Counted from the first letter of the stretch, positions 28,150-42,686 are shown. The stretch: DNA of 64,000 nt from Octopus vulgaris (GCA_951406725.2 OX597820.1:54188001-54252000), one strand, 5' to 3'. Translations and numbers: made by a program. Notes: a model not told the origin generated them from the sequence alone.

Positions 28150-28378
28150 TATATATTTCTTTACTACCCACAAGGGGCTAAACACAGAGAGGACAAACAA
28201 GGACAGACAAACGGATTAAGTCGATTACATCGATCCCAATGCGTAACTGGTACTTAATTTATCGACCCCGAAAGGATGAAAGGCAAAATCGACCTCGACG
28301 GAATTTGAACTCAGAACGTAACGGCAGACGAAATACGGCTACGCATTTCGCCCGGCGTGCTAACGTTTCTGCCAGCTG
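28150..28378 (-). mobile_element. SINE family B
   Basis: Close reverse-complement match to 17114-17345. Confidence 0.9.
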
Positions 28379-28688
28379 ACAGTCGTTATTTTACTGCTGT
28401 TATCCTGTGCGTCTGTGTGTAAAGATCAGTTGTATTTTGCAGGGTTGCTTTATTTTAGCTCTTAACTTAGAAATGGAGAAGGACATAGTGCTAGGTATAA
28501 AAAAAAATAAGCCATTTGGGGCTAGAAATAAAGCGGGAAAACGTGAAATTCTTCAAACAGGCATGTGTTATGCGAAATCTGTGACGAACCCGAATAACAC
28601 TGATGACCTGGAGTCGCCTCTGATCTGTATATATGTATGTACGTACGTATGTATGTACGCATGTATTATGCATGTACGCTTATGCATC

Positions 28689-28767
<79 letters not shown>

Positions 28768-29051
28768 CAAACAGATAGACAGAGAGACAAACAGACAGAT
28801 TGACAGGTAGACAGACAGGCTGATAAAAATTACACAACGTTATATATATTGTGTGTATATATATATATATATAGTTGGCAGGAGAAAAGCTGCCTTTCTT
28901 GGGAATGGGATATGCTGTCAACCGTTTCTGAAGAACGATGTAGATGTGAGAAATTCAAAAGTTTGGAAAGGATAGCGACTGTGTAAAATGGGGTGTTTGA
29001 CGTATAGCTTGATTCTGCCAGCCCTCCTTGCCACTACTTCTCACACGAGCC

Positions 29052-29054
<3 letters not shown>

Positions 29055-29103
<49 letters not shown>

Positions 29104-29478
29104 CTCTCTCTCTCTTGTTCACTCTCACTTGCTCTCTCTTGCTGTCTCTCTCTATCTATCTATCTCTTTCTCTCTTGCTCTCGCTTTCTCTCGCTCTCGC
29201 TTTCTCTCTCCCCCCTCTCTTTCTCTCTCTAAGTAATTCATATCTCATGCCAACCTCTCACATTAACCCTTCTTTCTCGGCCCTCCTCTCTCATAGCCTA
29301 CACTTCTCTCTCTCTCTCTCTCTTGCTCTCTCTTGCTGTCTCCCTCTATTTATCTATCTCTTTCTCTCTTGCTCTCGCTTTCTCTCTCCCCCCTCTCTCT
29401 CTAAGTAATTCATATCTCATGCCAACCTCTCACATTAACCCTTCCTTCTCGGCCCTCCTCTCTCATAGCCTACACTTC
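29055..29478. repeat. Tandem duplication of a ~170-bp CT-rich unit
   Basis: TAAGTAATTCATATCTCATGCCAACCTCTCACATTAACCC...CATAGCCTACACTTC occurs at ~29230-29305 and ~29402-29478. Confidence 0.9.
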
Positions 29479-31502
29479 ACTCTCTATATCTCTCATTCAC
29501 TGCAATCTCCTCTCATCTATTTCCTGTCTCCGCCTCCTTTTACCCTATTCACTTCTTTACACTTCAATCGTCCATTACATCACTTTACAACTCTATCAAA
29601 GCAGCTTTGTCGGAAACTTTAGACAATTTTTTTTCATTCCTCACAACAGCCAAGCTTACCAATTACTAAAGTTTAGTGAACCTCTTGACTTCGCCTATTT
29701 GTCTAATGTTTCTAATATGATTAATGATTTTTTGTTTCATGCTTATAAACGTAAATCAAAAACGACTGAATCGCTCTGGTGACAAAAGTCTCTAAGTGGT
29801 ATCCGTATCAGTGGCTGCAGTTTTGTGTACTAAAGATGGTACCTCCCTCACGGTTTAGTGGAACAGCATATAATTCCATCTAAAGATAGCTATGGATCAT
29901 TGAAATATGAAGCTCAACTTGATCAGTGTAACCAATGTTTATCTGTCACACAAGGACAAATATATTAATTGTTAAGTCAAAATCTGAAAGCCGAGTTTTA
30001 ACGAAAGGAAATTATTTTTCTCGCGTTATCAATAAATCTTTGTGAAATATCAACACTTATAGTGTGGTTCTTTTAATTTGCTTTTACTGACATCAGAATT
30101 AAGTTAATTGGGCTGCATTTACATTTAAAAAAAAAGGCAATTAAATAAATGCCCATTATACTTGTATTTTGGATCAGGTTGATTTACCAAGTCTGATTCC
30201 TGCTAGCAATAGTATGAACAAAGAATCCTGGTTTCAAATTTTGGCACAAGGCCACCGACTTCGGGGAAGGTGTTAGTTGATTACAACGACCCCAGTGCTA
30301 TACTGGTACATATTTTATCGACTCCGAAAGGAAGAAAAACTGACGAAATACTGCTGTGCATTTTGCCCGGCTTGCTAATAATTCTGCCAGGTCGCTACCT
30401 TATAAACAAAAAATATTAACATCAGGTTTTTTTTTCTATTTTCAGTAATAAATGAACGTACTGTACGATTATCCAATTTAACAATATTGCAATCTTACAG
30501 CATTTTAGGCATCAATTAAAATTTCCATTTCAAGTTTCTTCCATCATACATCCATACTTATACTACAAGAAAAACCACCGGAGAGGCTGATTTTATTAGT
30601 AGGAATGGGGAATTTCAACCATGTTTCGTGGTCTGCTACCATAACAGCTCCTTTATAGGATCCAGCTAGCTCAAAACATCATCAGGAAGAACCACGTCCG
30701 GTTTCGGCCCCTACTCCTCTACCGTTTTGACGTGGCGCCCCCCCCCCTTCGGAGGTGTCTTCAGCTCTGGTGTTGAGTGCATGTCTTCTTTCTCCTTCTT
30801 TCTTCTGTTCCCTGGTCTCTTCGATGTAACGTCAACGAGCAGCGTCAAAATGTGGCCAAAAGTTCTTTCTTTTTAACTCACTCTCTCTCCTTCTCTTTCT
30901 CTCTCTCTCTCTCTCATTCATTTTTATTTTTTGTTTATCTTCTTTTCTTTCTGTCCTTTCACTTTCTTTCTTGGTCAATTATACACCATAGTTGCCTTTT
31001 ATTATTTCTGTACACTAGAAGGACACCGCCCATGCTATGATGTTAATTTTTCAACCAAATTGGACAATTGATTAGAACGTATTCACATTCTTAACAACCA
31101 TTTTATCTCTTAAATGACCCCAAAGTATACATCTTTACTATATTGCTGCTAACGTGTAACCAAAATTCTAAACAACATTTGAAACAATCTAACATATTAG
31201 AAAAATATTTAAAGTTACAATTTTAATATAATTTGTTTAACAAGTTGCTTTCATTGTCTATTTTGAACATTATCATGGCTCAAAATACACATCTCATTCT
31301 CTCCAGCTCTGATTCACCGTGTTCACTGCTTCTGTTTCCTTCTTCCACCTTCAAACTTAGATCCACTCCTTTGTTACTTCAACCAGCGTGTCTAATTTAC
31401 CTTTAGTGTTCAGATTATTGCCAAATGTAATGCTTATGTAATCAAATTGTTTCGAAAAAGTCATGCATAACATAGGAGCTTTGAAATCATGATGATGTCT
31501 CG

Positions 31503-31711
31503 CTTTTCTCTCTTTTTCTCTTTTTAACTTGTTTCAGTCATTTGACTGCGGCCGTGCTGAAGCACCGCCTTTAGTCGCGCAAATCGACCACAGGACTTAT
31601 TCTTTGTGAGCTTAGTACTTATTCTATCGGTCTCTTTTGCCGAACCGCTAAGTTATAGGGACGTAAACACACCAGCATCGGTCGTCAAGCCATGTTGGGG
31701 GGACGAACACA

Positions 31712-31771
<60 letters not shown>

Positions 31772-31943
31772 CATATATTCGGCGGGCTTCTTTCAGTTTC
31801 CGTCTACCAAATCCACTCACAAGGCTTTGGTCAACCCGAGGCTATAGTAGAAGACACTTGCCCAAGGCACCACGCAGTGGGAATGAACCCGGAACTATGT
31901 GGTTGGTAAGCAAGATACTAACCACACAGCCACTCCTGTGCCT
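31503..31943 (-). mobile_element. SINE family A
   Basis: Full-length reverse-complement match. Confidence 0.9.
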
Positions 31944-33315
31944 GATTGCTTATTTCTAGAATGACATTGTAGGGTAGGTGTGTGAAGCCAGATCTAGCCA
32001 ATTAGGGAATAAAACTAGTACAATATTTGGACTGGATAAGGCTGGTTTAAATGCTAATGGGTAAGCTATCTTGACAATATTGTTATGACAATTATAATGT
32101 TAAAGAACTGGATGATATCGTGTTTACCTATAGCTAAAGAAGTAAATCAAAGTGTTTTAACATTTCACTATCTATCTATCTATCTATCTATTTCGATCTT
32201 TCTTATTTGTATTTAAATGTTATTTCATAAATTCTTTCATTTTGTTTTCATATTTTTACTAGATTTCTATCTAAAAAAAAATCTCAAAGAAAAAAATAAT
32301 TTTTAAATGTAACGTCGATAAACGGTGGTAGTTACAAATTGACAGCTTATAACAAATATATCGGTATCGTAAAAATGTCATGACAGTCGCTTGACTAGCT
32401 AAAAGTAGCAGTCAAATTTCCTACAAGTTATATCCTACCGTGTGATTTTGAGAAAGGCTCAAAATCACCTATGAAAATCATAGCTCAAAATCACCTTCCA
32501 CAGGTGATTTTGAGCCATATGGCACTTAATATCGCAGTTAAAATGTTATGGCAGTCGCTTGACCTGCTAAAAAAGCAGTCAAATTTCCTCTGGAATAATC
32601 ATATTTGTACCTTCATCTACAGAAGAGCTTCGCTGATGTTCAGCCATTTTGTTACAAATTGTAGAGTTATATTACTTACCATCACAGCCTTATCTTTATA
32701 TGCTGGTTTTCTGGTTGCTGCTGAAATCTTGCCGAAATGCGGTTATCTCTTATCTTAACAATGAAGATAAAGAAGGACAAGAAACTAATTAGGAAGTATT
32801 TAAACATTTGACAGGATTTTGTGTTAGGGAGGTTGGTGAAAAACAAAAGGATGGAAGAGGTGGGGGTTTTTTTTGTTCTACTTTTTGTTTTGTTTTGTTT
32901 TGTTTTTAATCTGATTGCATTTGGGAGATATTTCAGTCTATTTACTGCTTGTATTACGAAGGTCAAACCTAGATGTTAGGTAACATTGTATCCAGAAGGT
33001 CTCACATGCGCAAAGCATGCTTTCCTGTCTTCTCTGAAACTTCAAATATTAACTTTCAAGAAATAAAATATCAATTAATAAATAGTTTCAGTCATTGGAC
33101 TGCAGTGATTGGCCTTGAGTGATTTTAGGCGATCAACCCGAACCCGGCATTTATTTATAAGTGTGGTACTTATTCTGTCGGTCTCTTTTACCGAACCGCT
33201 ATGTGATGGGAACGTAAACAAACCAACAATGGTTGTCAGGTGGCGAGATGCAAACACACACACACACGATGAATGTTTGACTTCGTTATTCAGTGTTTCC
33301 AACCAGCCTCAACGC

Positions 33316-33354
<39 letters not shown>

Positions 33355-33358
<4 letters not shown>

Positions 33359-33577
33359 TCTTTCTACTGGAAGCACAAGGCCTGAAATTTTACGGGGGGG
33401 GGGGGCGACTAGTCGATTACATCGACGCCAGTGTTTTACTGGTACTTGTTTTATCGACTCCCGAAAGGATGAAAGGCAAAGTCGACGTCGGCAGAATTCG
33501 AACTCAGAACGTAGCGACGAGCGAAATACCGCTATGCATTTCGTCCAGCGTGCTAACGATTCTGCCTGCTCGCTGCC

Positions 33578-33615
<38 letters not shown>

Positions 33616-33917
33616 AAGAAGAAGAAGAAGAAGAAGAAGAAGAAGAAGAAGGAGGAGGAAAAGTAGAAGAAGAAGAAGAACAACAACAACAACAACAATA
33701 ATCTTTTCTACTCAAGGCACAAGACACGAAACTCTTAGGAAGGGGACCAGTCGTCTAGATCAACCCCAGTACGCAACTGGTACTTAATTTATCGACCCCG
33801 AAAGGATGAAAGGCAAGGTCGACCTCGGTGGAATTTAAAGACACATCGTAGCGACAGGCGAAATACCGCTAAGCATCTCGTCCAGCGCGTTAACCATTCT
33901 GCCCGCTCGATGCCTTA
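33355..33917 (-). mobile_element. Two SINE B copies separated by (TAA)n(GAA)n(CAA)n
   Basis: Both copies are bounded by TAA tracts. Confidence 0.85.
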
Positions 33918-33934
33918 TAATAATAATAATAATG

Positions 33935-33977
<43 letters not shown>

Positions 33978-35924
33978 TAATAATAATAATAATGATAATA
34001 AAAATAAAATCTGTTGGTATAATTCGAGAGAGATTTGGCTGCTATTTCTAACAGAACGTACAACCAAGTAAAGTCCCCTATGATGTCTAAAAAGAAATGT
34101 GGTTGAGCCAACTATATACCTCTAGTAGTAAAGAGGCTTCGATTTATGTTTAGCAGACGACTCATTTCCTCGTATTTTTTTCGAACGTAGCAGACGCAAC
34201 ATTTATCTATTGGTTTTAGTCTGGCGCTAGTTGATTAAAATAGAATTTTAGCTCAAACACAAATTGTTTCACTTTTTTCCGCCGCTCTACCGATTCTTTT
34301 GATCATTTACAGTTATATATGTGGTTAATTCTTAACAAAGACCACAATATTTTTTGTGGGGGAATTCATCGATTTAAGTTGACTCCAGAACCTCGTTGGT
34401 ACTTTCTGTTATCAACGAATCCCTAAAGAATGAAAAACAAAGCCGAGCTCAACAGAATTCGAATACTTAACTTAGACAACCGAAACAATCATCGGAAAGC
34501 ATTCTGTCTGCAAATCGACCACTTTCTTAACAAGTATTTATGATTTTAATAAACATCTAACTGAATTCTAGTAATAATTGTCGCTAATAGCGACATAAGG
34601 ACCGATATTTAATAGGAGAGGGATCTTGTTGGTTCTTGTATATATAAGTGTAACATAATGATGTGTAGTTGCATTAATGCATTAGTGCACGCTGCTGTTG
34701 TTTTGCAGGTGGTGGTGGTGGTGGTGGTAATAATAGTAGTAGTTTTGTTGCACTACCTCTGGTCTGTCATGTTTGAGCTGATTTATAGTCAAAGGTTTTC
34801 TGAAATCAATTCTAGCGGTGGAGTTGATTCCATTACTTAACTCTCTCATAGGCTATTTTATCAACACCTGAGGGATGACAGGCAAACTTCACACCTCGGT
34901 AAGATTTAAACTCAGAACGTAAAAAATCAGAACCAATTCCGTAAGACATTTTGTCCAACGCGGTAACGATTTTACTAATTTACCGCTTCTAACTATTTCT
35001 AACTAGGCACACTGCCAGAAGTTTGGCGATCTAGAGTCGGTCTAATTGAGTAACTAGTCGATTAGATCGACGCTAGTATTTGACTGGTACCTTATTTTAT
35101 CGACTCAAGAAGGGCAAAAGGTGAAGTTGATCGCGGTGTGACTTAATCTTAAAATGAAAGGGGTCGTAATTAAATACCACAAGACAGTTTACTGCCACGC
35201 TAACGGTTCTGCGAATCGACCGCCTCTCTTAATGATACAAATCATGACTCCTAACCGACATTTAACATTTTAGTAATAACAACCGAATCCATATACTAAA
35301 GTGGGGAAATGGCTGTAAGTTCTGAAAAGCCATACTCCCCCGCAGTAAGCGTTTTTTTTTTTACTTTCTTGTTTTTTTTGAAGTGCGTGACTAACTATTT
35401 CATTATGAATAGAATAAGAAGAGTCGAGTAAATAAGAAATCTTTCAACTAAGCAAATAATTTAAACTAAAATAAATACAAAAAATAACTGTTGCCGACAA
35501 GTCTTTAATTTATTGCTTTATTATAATATTACAGTTTCTTTGATTCCGAGATTTTCGTTTGAGTTTTAAAAGCTTTTCAAGTTATTTAGCTGAGTACATT
35601 TGAATATTTTATATATTTATTTTTCAAATGGGAAAATAATTTCAATTAATTCCCAGCAAAAGATTTAAAAGTAAGTGGTTGTCTTGTTCTACTCTCTTCA
35701 GTGCTTCAATAGAAAGGAAAAAATAAAAAAATAAAAGAAAAATAAAAACAAATTACATAACATTAATTGCTTGATGTTTAAGTTAACATTACAAGAAGAG
35801 GAATCGCCGTGGCCGAGTAAAATGAAAATGTTTATCTCTTCACTAAAGTTGTCATGAGATCGCATCATACTTTGTTCCTAGTAAAATATGTTTTGCTTTG
35901 AACCGGACAACTCTGGTTCTAAAT

Positions 35925-36145
35925 TAACGCGGTAAACTGACCGAATCGTTGGCACGACGGGTAGAATACTTAGCGGCATTTCGTCCGTCTTTACGTTCTG
36001 AGTTCAAATCTCGCCGAGGTCAACTTTGCCTTTCGTTCTTTCGGGATCGATAAAATATGTACCAGTTGAATACTAGGATGGATGTAACCGACTTATCCCC
36101 TCACCCAAAACTTCAGGCCTTGTACCTTTAGTAGAAAGGGTTATC
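35925..36145 (+). mobile_element. SINE family B
   Basis: Head, Meta-like body and tail. Confidence 0.8.
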
Positions 36146-37298
36146 TGGTAGTAAATTAAGTACTAGATAAAGGGAACGTCTCGGTGGTGATCAAGGTCTA
36201 TAAGAGTATGGGGATGTCGGTTGGTATATTGGTCTGGGGTTCTAAGAATCAAAGAGGACTTGTAACTACCTGCTAAGTCCCTCCCTAAGAAGACAAAAAA
36301 AGAAGGAAAAAGAAAACACAGCTCCCTTGAATTTTGAACCAATTCCCTCTTCCAGAGCTGGAAGGCAGCTTTACTAAATTTCTCTTTGCGGCCCGTATAG
36401 TTGGGGAAACTGATTAAATAAGGAAGAGGCATACTTTATTTTTATTTACTAGAAGGTGAGTAGAAGGTGAGTAGTAGTAGTTGTAGTTGTTGTTGTAACT
36501 GTTACTGCCGCTCTCGTCGTCGTCATCATCAATGTTTTCTCATACCATGTCAACGCTGGGGCTACATAACAACAACCATAGCAATAACCAAAAGGTTGAA
36601 CCATGGTCATTGGAATTCCAGAAGTGAACGACACGCAGGAACTAGATTATCTCATGTGTTCGTTTCTTTGTTGAAGAGAGTGAGGGAGCAATCTAAGGGA
36701 CATTTAGTTGCTATATCTAGCAGATACAGTGACCAATTTGATGTACCTGCTCATTCATGAATCGTGATGTTTGCGCTGGATGAATAAAGCACTACAGGGT
36801 ATGCTCGCGTATTTTGAGTTCACATTTGCTTTCCCAGGTTACTTTGCTACAAAGGAGGTGGTGCCAGAATTTCAAGTAAACCTCTACGTGGTCAGTAGAA
36901 ACCGTAGCCAAATTTCATTCAAATCATACCCTACTATCTTAAATAATGACATGTTACATAACGCAGTTTTGTGTTTCTTGTACATAAGCAAAAGCTGGAC
37001 GGTTCTGTACGAATGAGTTATTTAAAAAAGTATTTAAAGACATATCTATTAGCTATATCCGTGACCCTGTTGAGAGATGCATTTTACGGCTGAGTGATTT
37101 GCGAGTTGTTTTGTAAATAAAAGTCATCTGTCCTTTATGAAATTTTGTTTCCCTTGTTTTGGAAAAAAGTATCTGTCTGTGCGCGTGCGTGCGCAATACA
37201 AACAGTAGTTTGTATTTCTTTAGAATTTTTTCTAACATATATACAAGGAAATATTTTTGAGCTTATTTACACATACGCATGTACACACACACACACAC

Positions 37299-37341
<43 letters not shown>

Positions 37342-37592
37342 AAAATGCCACAACACCAGCTCACTAACCAATCCTAAACAAATAAATAGCACACCGTCCC
37401 ATCTATACTTACAAGAAATACAAACACCACATTACAAAAACAACTAATCAAGAAATTATAAATACACTGCTAATCCTGCGTTGTAACAATTCTCGCCTGA
37501 AGATCGCAGAGACGTGAAACTCTCAATTTCAGTTTCAATAAAGAAAAATCTTGTTCGTCCCACAAAAAATTCAACGTGTGAATTATATAATT

Positions 37593-37692
<100 letters not shown>

Positions 37693-38299
37693 GGTGGTGG
37701 TAATAGTGGTAGTAGTTTTGTTGCACTACCCCGGGCCTATCATGTTCGAGCTGATTTATAGTCAAAGGTTTATTGGCTAAACTGGCAACATGACCATTCT
37801 TAAATACAACATGTTTTCTGAGAGGTTTTAGGGGTAAACTGGCAAAAAAAAAATCAGGAATAAAGCTAACGTGTGTACCCCAACACAGTCTTTCAGTTTG
37901 CCGCTCCCAACCCGAGGGCTCAAGCCTATAAAAACTTATACGCCAGACTCAAAAGAACTACTCCACCACCAACACCAGGGCCGACCGTCGTCCCCTTGCC
38001 TCTCTCCAGATACTCTTCTGATATAATCTGTAAAATGTATAGTATCTTTTATCTTTTCCTTGTTTCAGTCGTGGGACTACGGCCAGCGACTGAAATCAAA
38101 CCTACCTTGACGGATTTAGTCGAACAAACCGGCCCCTGTACTGATTTTGAGTCTTGTACTTATTTTATTATCAGATTCTTTTACCGAACCCTTGAGTTAC
38201 AGGCACGTAAACAAACCAACACCGGTTGTCAATCGGTAGTTGGGGACAAACACAAACAATAGTATGTACATACATATTTATATATAGATATATACATGA

Positions 38300-38355
<56 letters not shown>

Positions 38356-38477
38356 ATGTGTATGTGTGTGTGTGTGTGTGTTCACGCGCACGTGTGTATG
38401 TTTAAAGGTGGTGCCCCAGTATAGGTGCAGTAAAATGACTGAAACAAGTAAAAGAATAGTAATAAATAAATATAGTA

Positions 38478-38649
38478 GGCGCAGGAGTGGCTGTGTGGTT
38501 GTAGCTTGCTTAGAAGCCACATGGGTCCGGGTTCATTCCCACTGCGTGGCACCTTGGGCAAGTGTCTTCTACTACAGCCTCGGGCCGACCAAAGCCTTGT
38601 GAGTGGATTTGATAGACAGAAACTGAAAGAAGCCTGTCGTATATATGTA

Positions 38650-38696
<47 letters not shown>

Positions 38697-38928
38697 GTGT
38701 GTGCATATGTTTGTGTGTCTGTGTTTGTCCCCACCAACATCGCTTGACAACAGATGGTGGTGTGTTTACGTCCCCGTAACTGAGCGATTCGGCAAAAGAG
38801 ACTGATAGAATAAGTACTAGGCTTACAAAGAATAAGTCCTGGGGTCGATTTGCTCGACTAAAGGCGGTGCTCCAGCATGACCGCAATCAAATGACTGAAA
38901 CAAGTAAAAGAGTAAAAGAGTAAAGAGT
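38478..38928 (+). mobile_element. SINE family A (tRNA head, CORE-like CCTTGGGCAAG segment, internal microsatellite, (AGTAAAAG)n tail), full-length representative
   Basis: GGCGCAGGAGTGGCTGTGTGG...GGTTCATTCC...GAAAGAAGCCTGTCG-(TA/TG)n-...GGCGGTGCTCCAGCATG..GACTGAAACAAGTAAAAGAG. About 20 full or partial copies in the window. Confidence 0.9.
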
Positions 38929-39301
38929 ATACATATCTATATATGTTGTATATGTGGGGGGTTGGGTGTATACGTTGGGCTTCTTTTAGTTTCCGTCTAC
39001 CAAATCCACTCACAAGGCCCATAGTAGAATATACTTGCTCTAGCTGCCACACAGTGGAACTGAACCCGAAACCATGTGGTTGGGAAGCAAGCTACTTCCA
39101 ACACAGCCATGCATGTGTATCTATATTATTTATCCTATGCTCTGAACATTTTCAAATCTGTAGACAATAATTTGAGATAAAATCGGCTTCTATTATGCCT
39201 GGGCGGGTGACTATGTAGCTTGTTTAATAACTACTTCACACACACACACACACACATACAAGACACATGCACACACATGCACGCGCACATACAGCTATGA
39301 T

Positions 39302-39726
39302 CCTATTTCTTTTTATTACCCACAAGGGACTAAACATAGAGGGGACAAACAAGGACAGACAAAGGGGTTAAGTCGATTACACCGACTCCAGTGCGTAACT
39401 GGTACTTAGTTTATCAACCTCGAAAGGATGAAAAGCAAAGCTGACCTCGGCGGAATTTGAACTCAGAACGTAGCGGCAGACGAAATACCTATTTCTTTAC
39501 TACCCACAAGGGACTAAACACAGAGAGGACAAACAAGGACAGACAAACGGATTAAGTCGATTATATTGATCCCAGTGCGTAACTGGTACTTATTTAATTG
39601 ACCCCGAAAGGATGAAAGGCAAAGTCGACCTCGGCGGAATTTGAACTCAGAACGACGTAACGGCAGACGAAATACCGCTAAGCATTTCGCCCGGCGTGCT
39701 GACGTTTCTGCCAGCTCGCCGCCTTA
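39302..39726 (-). mobile_element. SINE family B, dimeric
   Basis: Two tandem units; ACAGCTAT occurs near both ends. Confidence 0.9.
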
Positions 39727-41459
39727 TAAACAGCTATTCTTCTGCTGTAGGGCACTCCATTGCCATCATTAAAAGCAACACCAAACCTAACTTGCACACC
39801 AAGACGAATAATTACCCTTAAAGATTCCCACACTCACTGCACGGTCTCTACCCTTCATCAGGCTTCGTCAGATATGATTGTGATCACCAGGTGATCACTA
39901 TCACAGTCACATGTGTATAATTAATAATGCTGATTTGGCTGATGTCAAAGGTTAAAGTCATTGGAGATATTATAATATTTAAATGTAATTTGATGTGAAA
40001 GAACATCGTTTACCGCTGAAGATGGACTAATTGAGAACTTAGTGAGAGCAAGCGTGTAAGTGTGAGAGAGAGCGTGAGTGTGTGAATGTGAGAGTGTGTG
40101 AATATGAGAGTGTGTGAATGTGAGAGTGTATGAATGTGAGAGTTATTGATCGTGAATGTGTGTGCGTACGTGTGTGTATGTGTAAATGTGAATGTTATGT
40201 GAATGTATATATTCATGCTGTGTGAATATACTTTTATCTACAACTGATTTCTAGTTGTGCCTAATGCATATTTAAATCTGTCTATGTATGTCTGTGTGTA
40301 TTACTCGTGATTAATGATTATAACCACGTGCCATATACACCCACACACACATGCATACACATACAAACATATATATATATATATATATATATGCGTGTGC
40401 GTATCTGCGCACACATATGTGCGTATACAGACAGGCATACGGATACATACAGATATACATACATACATACATACATACATACATACATACATACATACAT
40501 ACATACATACATACATACATACATACATAGACAGGTAGGTAGGTAGGTAGGTAGGTAGGTAGGTAGGTAGGTATTATGGTATTTTTTTTTATTCTTTCCA
40601 ACCCACCAAAGTTTTTCAAATGTTCGCCAGATCTTTGTCAAATTTTCTACACTCGCGTAGTTTTACCTGCTGTTGACGAAATCTTTCCTAAAAATCATTA
40701 ATAAAAAACAGTTACAAGCCTTAAAGTTATGTAATTTCAACTAATCTGAAGCTTCAGTTGCCAATATACCGGAAGTCACATATTGTCTGTTTCCATGGGA
40801 AACAGCACACAAATAAGGATAGGACTACGAAGACGAAACTTCTACGCTGTCACTCGGCCTGCAAGAAATAGTAGCCAAATATTCCTTAAATTACCCTATA
40901 ACGTCTTAACGATTAGAACAAAACGATCGTTTCCTCGCTTGAAGCCGGCCCAAGTGCCTTCTATATTTGAATGCTATTAATAATATTTAAATTAAAGTCA
41001 GTCTCCTCGGACGTAACCTTTTATTGAACTTACAAACTTTAAAAATAATAACACTTACTGTGCATCATAGATCGATTCTAAATGTACTGTCTTTTTTTTA
41101 TGATAAAATTCTAAACAAAATTTAAAAGAAAAAGGTGGTGGCGGTGGTGGTAAAGAAAGAACCGGTTATCAATGCAGTTGTTGTATGAAATGTAGTGTTG
41201 GTCCCCACCAACATCCTTGCCATCAACATCATCGTCATCAACACTAGACTTTGTACAATAACAACATTGGTAATCAATTCTCTACTATCACCCCTTCCTT
41301 TTCCTTTTGAACTTTGATTCTAATTTTATCATAACAGAGGAAGTACATTCAATATCGATCTGTGTTGCCCAGTAAGTGTTTGAAGGGTCACCAGTTCAAT
41401 AAAAAGCTTACATCCGGGGATGGTTGACTTTAATTTACATGCTGCTATAATACCATCTT

Positions 41460-41761
41460 GTGGAGGCCCATGGTCTAGTGGTTAGAGCAGCGGAGTCGCA
41501 GTCGAGGGATCGCGGGTTCGAATCTCAGACCGGGCGATGTGTGTGTTTATGAGCGAAACACCTAAGCTCCAAGCGGCTCCGGCAGAAGGTAATGGCGAAC
41601 TTCTGCTGACTCTTTCGCCATAATTTTCTCTTGCTCTTTCCTCCGGCATCTTGCAGCTCACCTGCGACGGACCGGTGTCCCGTCCAGATGGAGAACCTTT
41701 ACGCCAATGAAACCGGGAAACCGGCCCTATGAGCCAGGCGTGGCTCGAGAAGGAACAAACA
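41460..41761 (+). mobile_element. SINE family D, full length
   Basis: A box TGGTCTAGTGG and B box GGTTCGAATC. 13-bp TSD ATAATACCATCTT at 41447-41459 and 41762-41774. Confidence 0.9.
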
Positions 41762-41933
41762 ATAATACCATCTTACTGCGTTAAGTACGTGAAATGATGC
41801 ATCATATAATGTAGTTTGATAATCTTGTGCTAAACAAGCAAGAAACCATAGCCCTTACTCGCAAGCGAATATTATTTAGTAGTATGTACCACACTTTCGC
41901 TAATTCTTTAAGGTGCCAATGTATCCTCTTGGC

Positions 41934-42686
41934 CAGCGGTTCTCAGCCATTCTTTTTTACCTAAAAATCCCTTTGATTACTATTTTATTCTGGTGGACCT
42001 CCATAACATTCAATGTTTAAAAACTAGTTTTCTAGATACTTCTTTCAAAATTCCTACTTTGTTTTTCGCACATTAACTTGTGTAGGTTCAACTATGTAAA
42101 ATTAATTAGAAAGAAACATAGTCGTTTCTTTCAATAAATACATCCAAAACAAATTTTTTCATGCACCTTTAAATATACTTCAGTGGATCCCCAATTTTGG
42201 TTCTACAGACCCCAGCGCTGGATTAAACATTAAGCAAAATAAGTGCGTGCTTAGGGCATCAAGGGAAGGAGGAGGCACCACAGAAATGGTAAATGGTTTA
42301 CGGCGCAAAAGAAATCACTTTAAACTCGTTAAAATAATATTCGTGATGCCTTTATCACTACTAAGTATAGATTCAGATTTATTAACTAAGATTAATTTTG
42401 AGGATCTGATCAAAAACTTCGCAATTCAAAAAAGTAGGAAGCTTTTCAAATATAAATAAAGTGGAAGTATACAAAAATAATGCAAAAAATTATTTTTCCT
42501 CTTACTGTTTTGTTTCGTTTTGAAAAATAACAATTTATTTTATGGTTTGTTATTGTTTATATTTTGAATTACATAATCTTTTATGGGGGCACCAAAATCT
42601 TTTAAGTGCTTAGGGCCTCGATGGGTCTTAATCCGGCCTTGATGGGCTCCCAAAAATCTTATATGGACCCCGGTTGAGAATCATTG
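41934..42686. mobile_element. hAT MITE, same family as 14000-14988 in opposite orientation
   Basis: Ends CAGCGGTTCTCAGCC / GGTTGAGAATCATTG. TSD CTCTTGGC / CTCTAGGC (7/8 match). Confidence 0.8.
42213..42641 (+). mobile_element. Nested hAT (Tip100/ZMYM1-like) deletion derivative
   Basis: TIR CAGCGCTGGATTAA / TTAATCCGGCCTTG. Retains the hAT dimerisation C-terminus LSLLSIDSDLLTKINFEDLIKNFAIQKSRK. Confidence 0.8.

Noticed and set aside
39840-39870. Minus-strand CUGAUGA/CUGACGA motifs
   Set aside because: No GAAA follows the putative stem II, so this is not a hammerhead.
39940-40060. Possible first exon near a GTAAGT donor
   Set aside because: ATG-initiated frames stop before the donor, and there is no phase-1 Gly junction.
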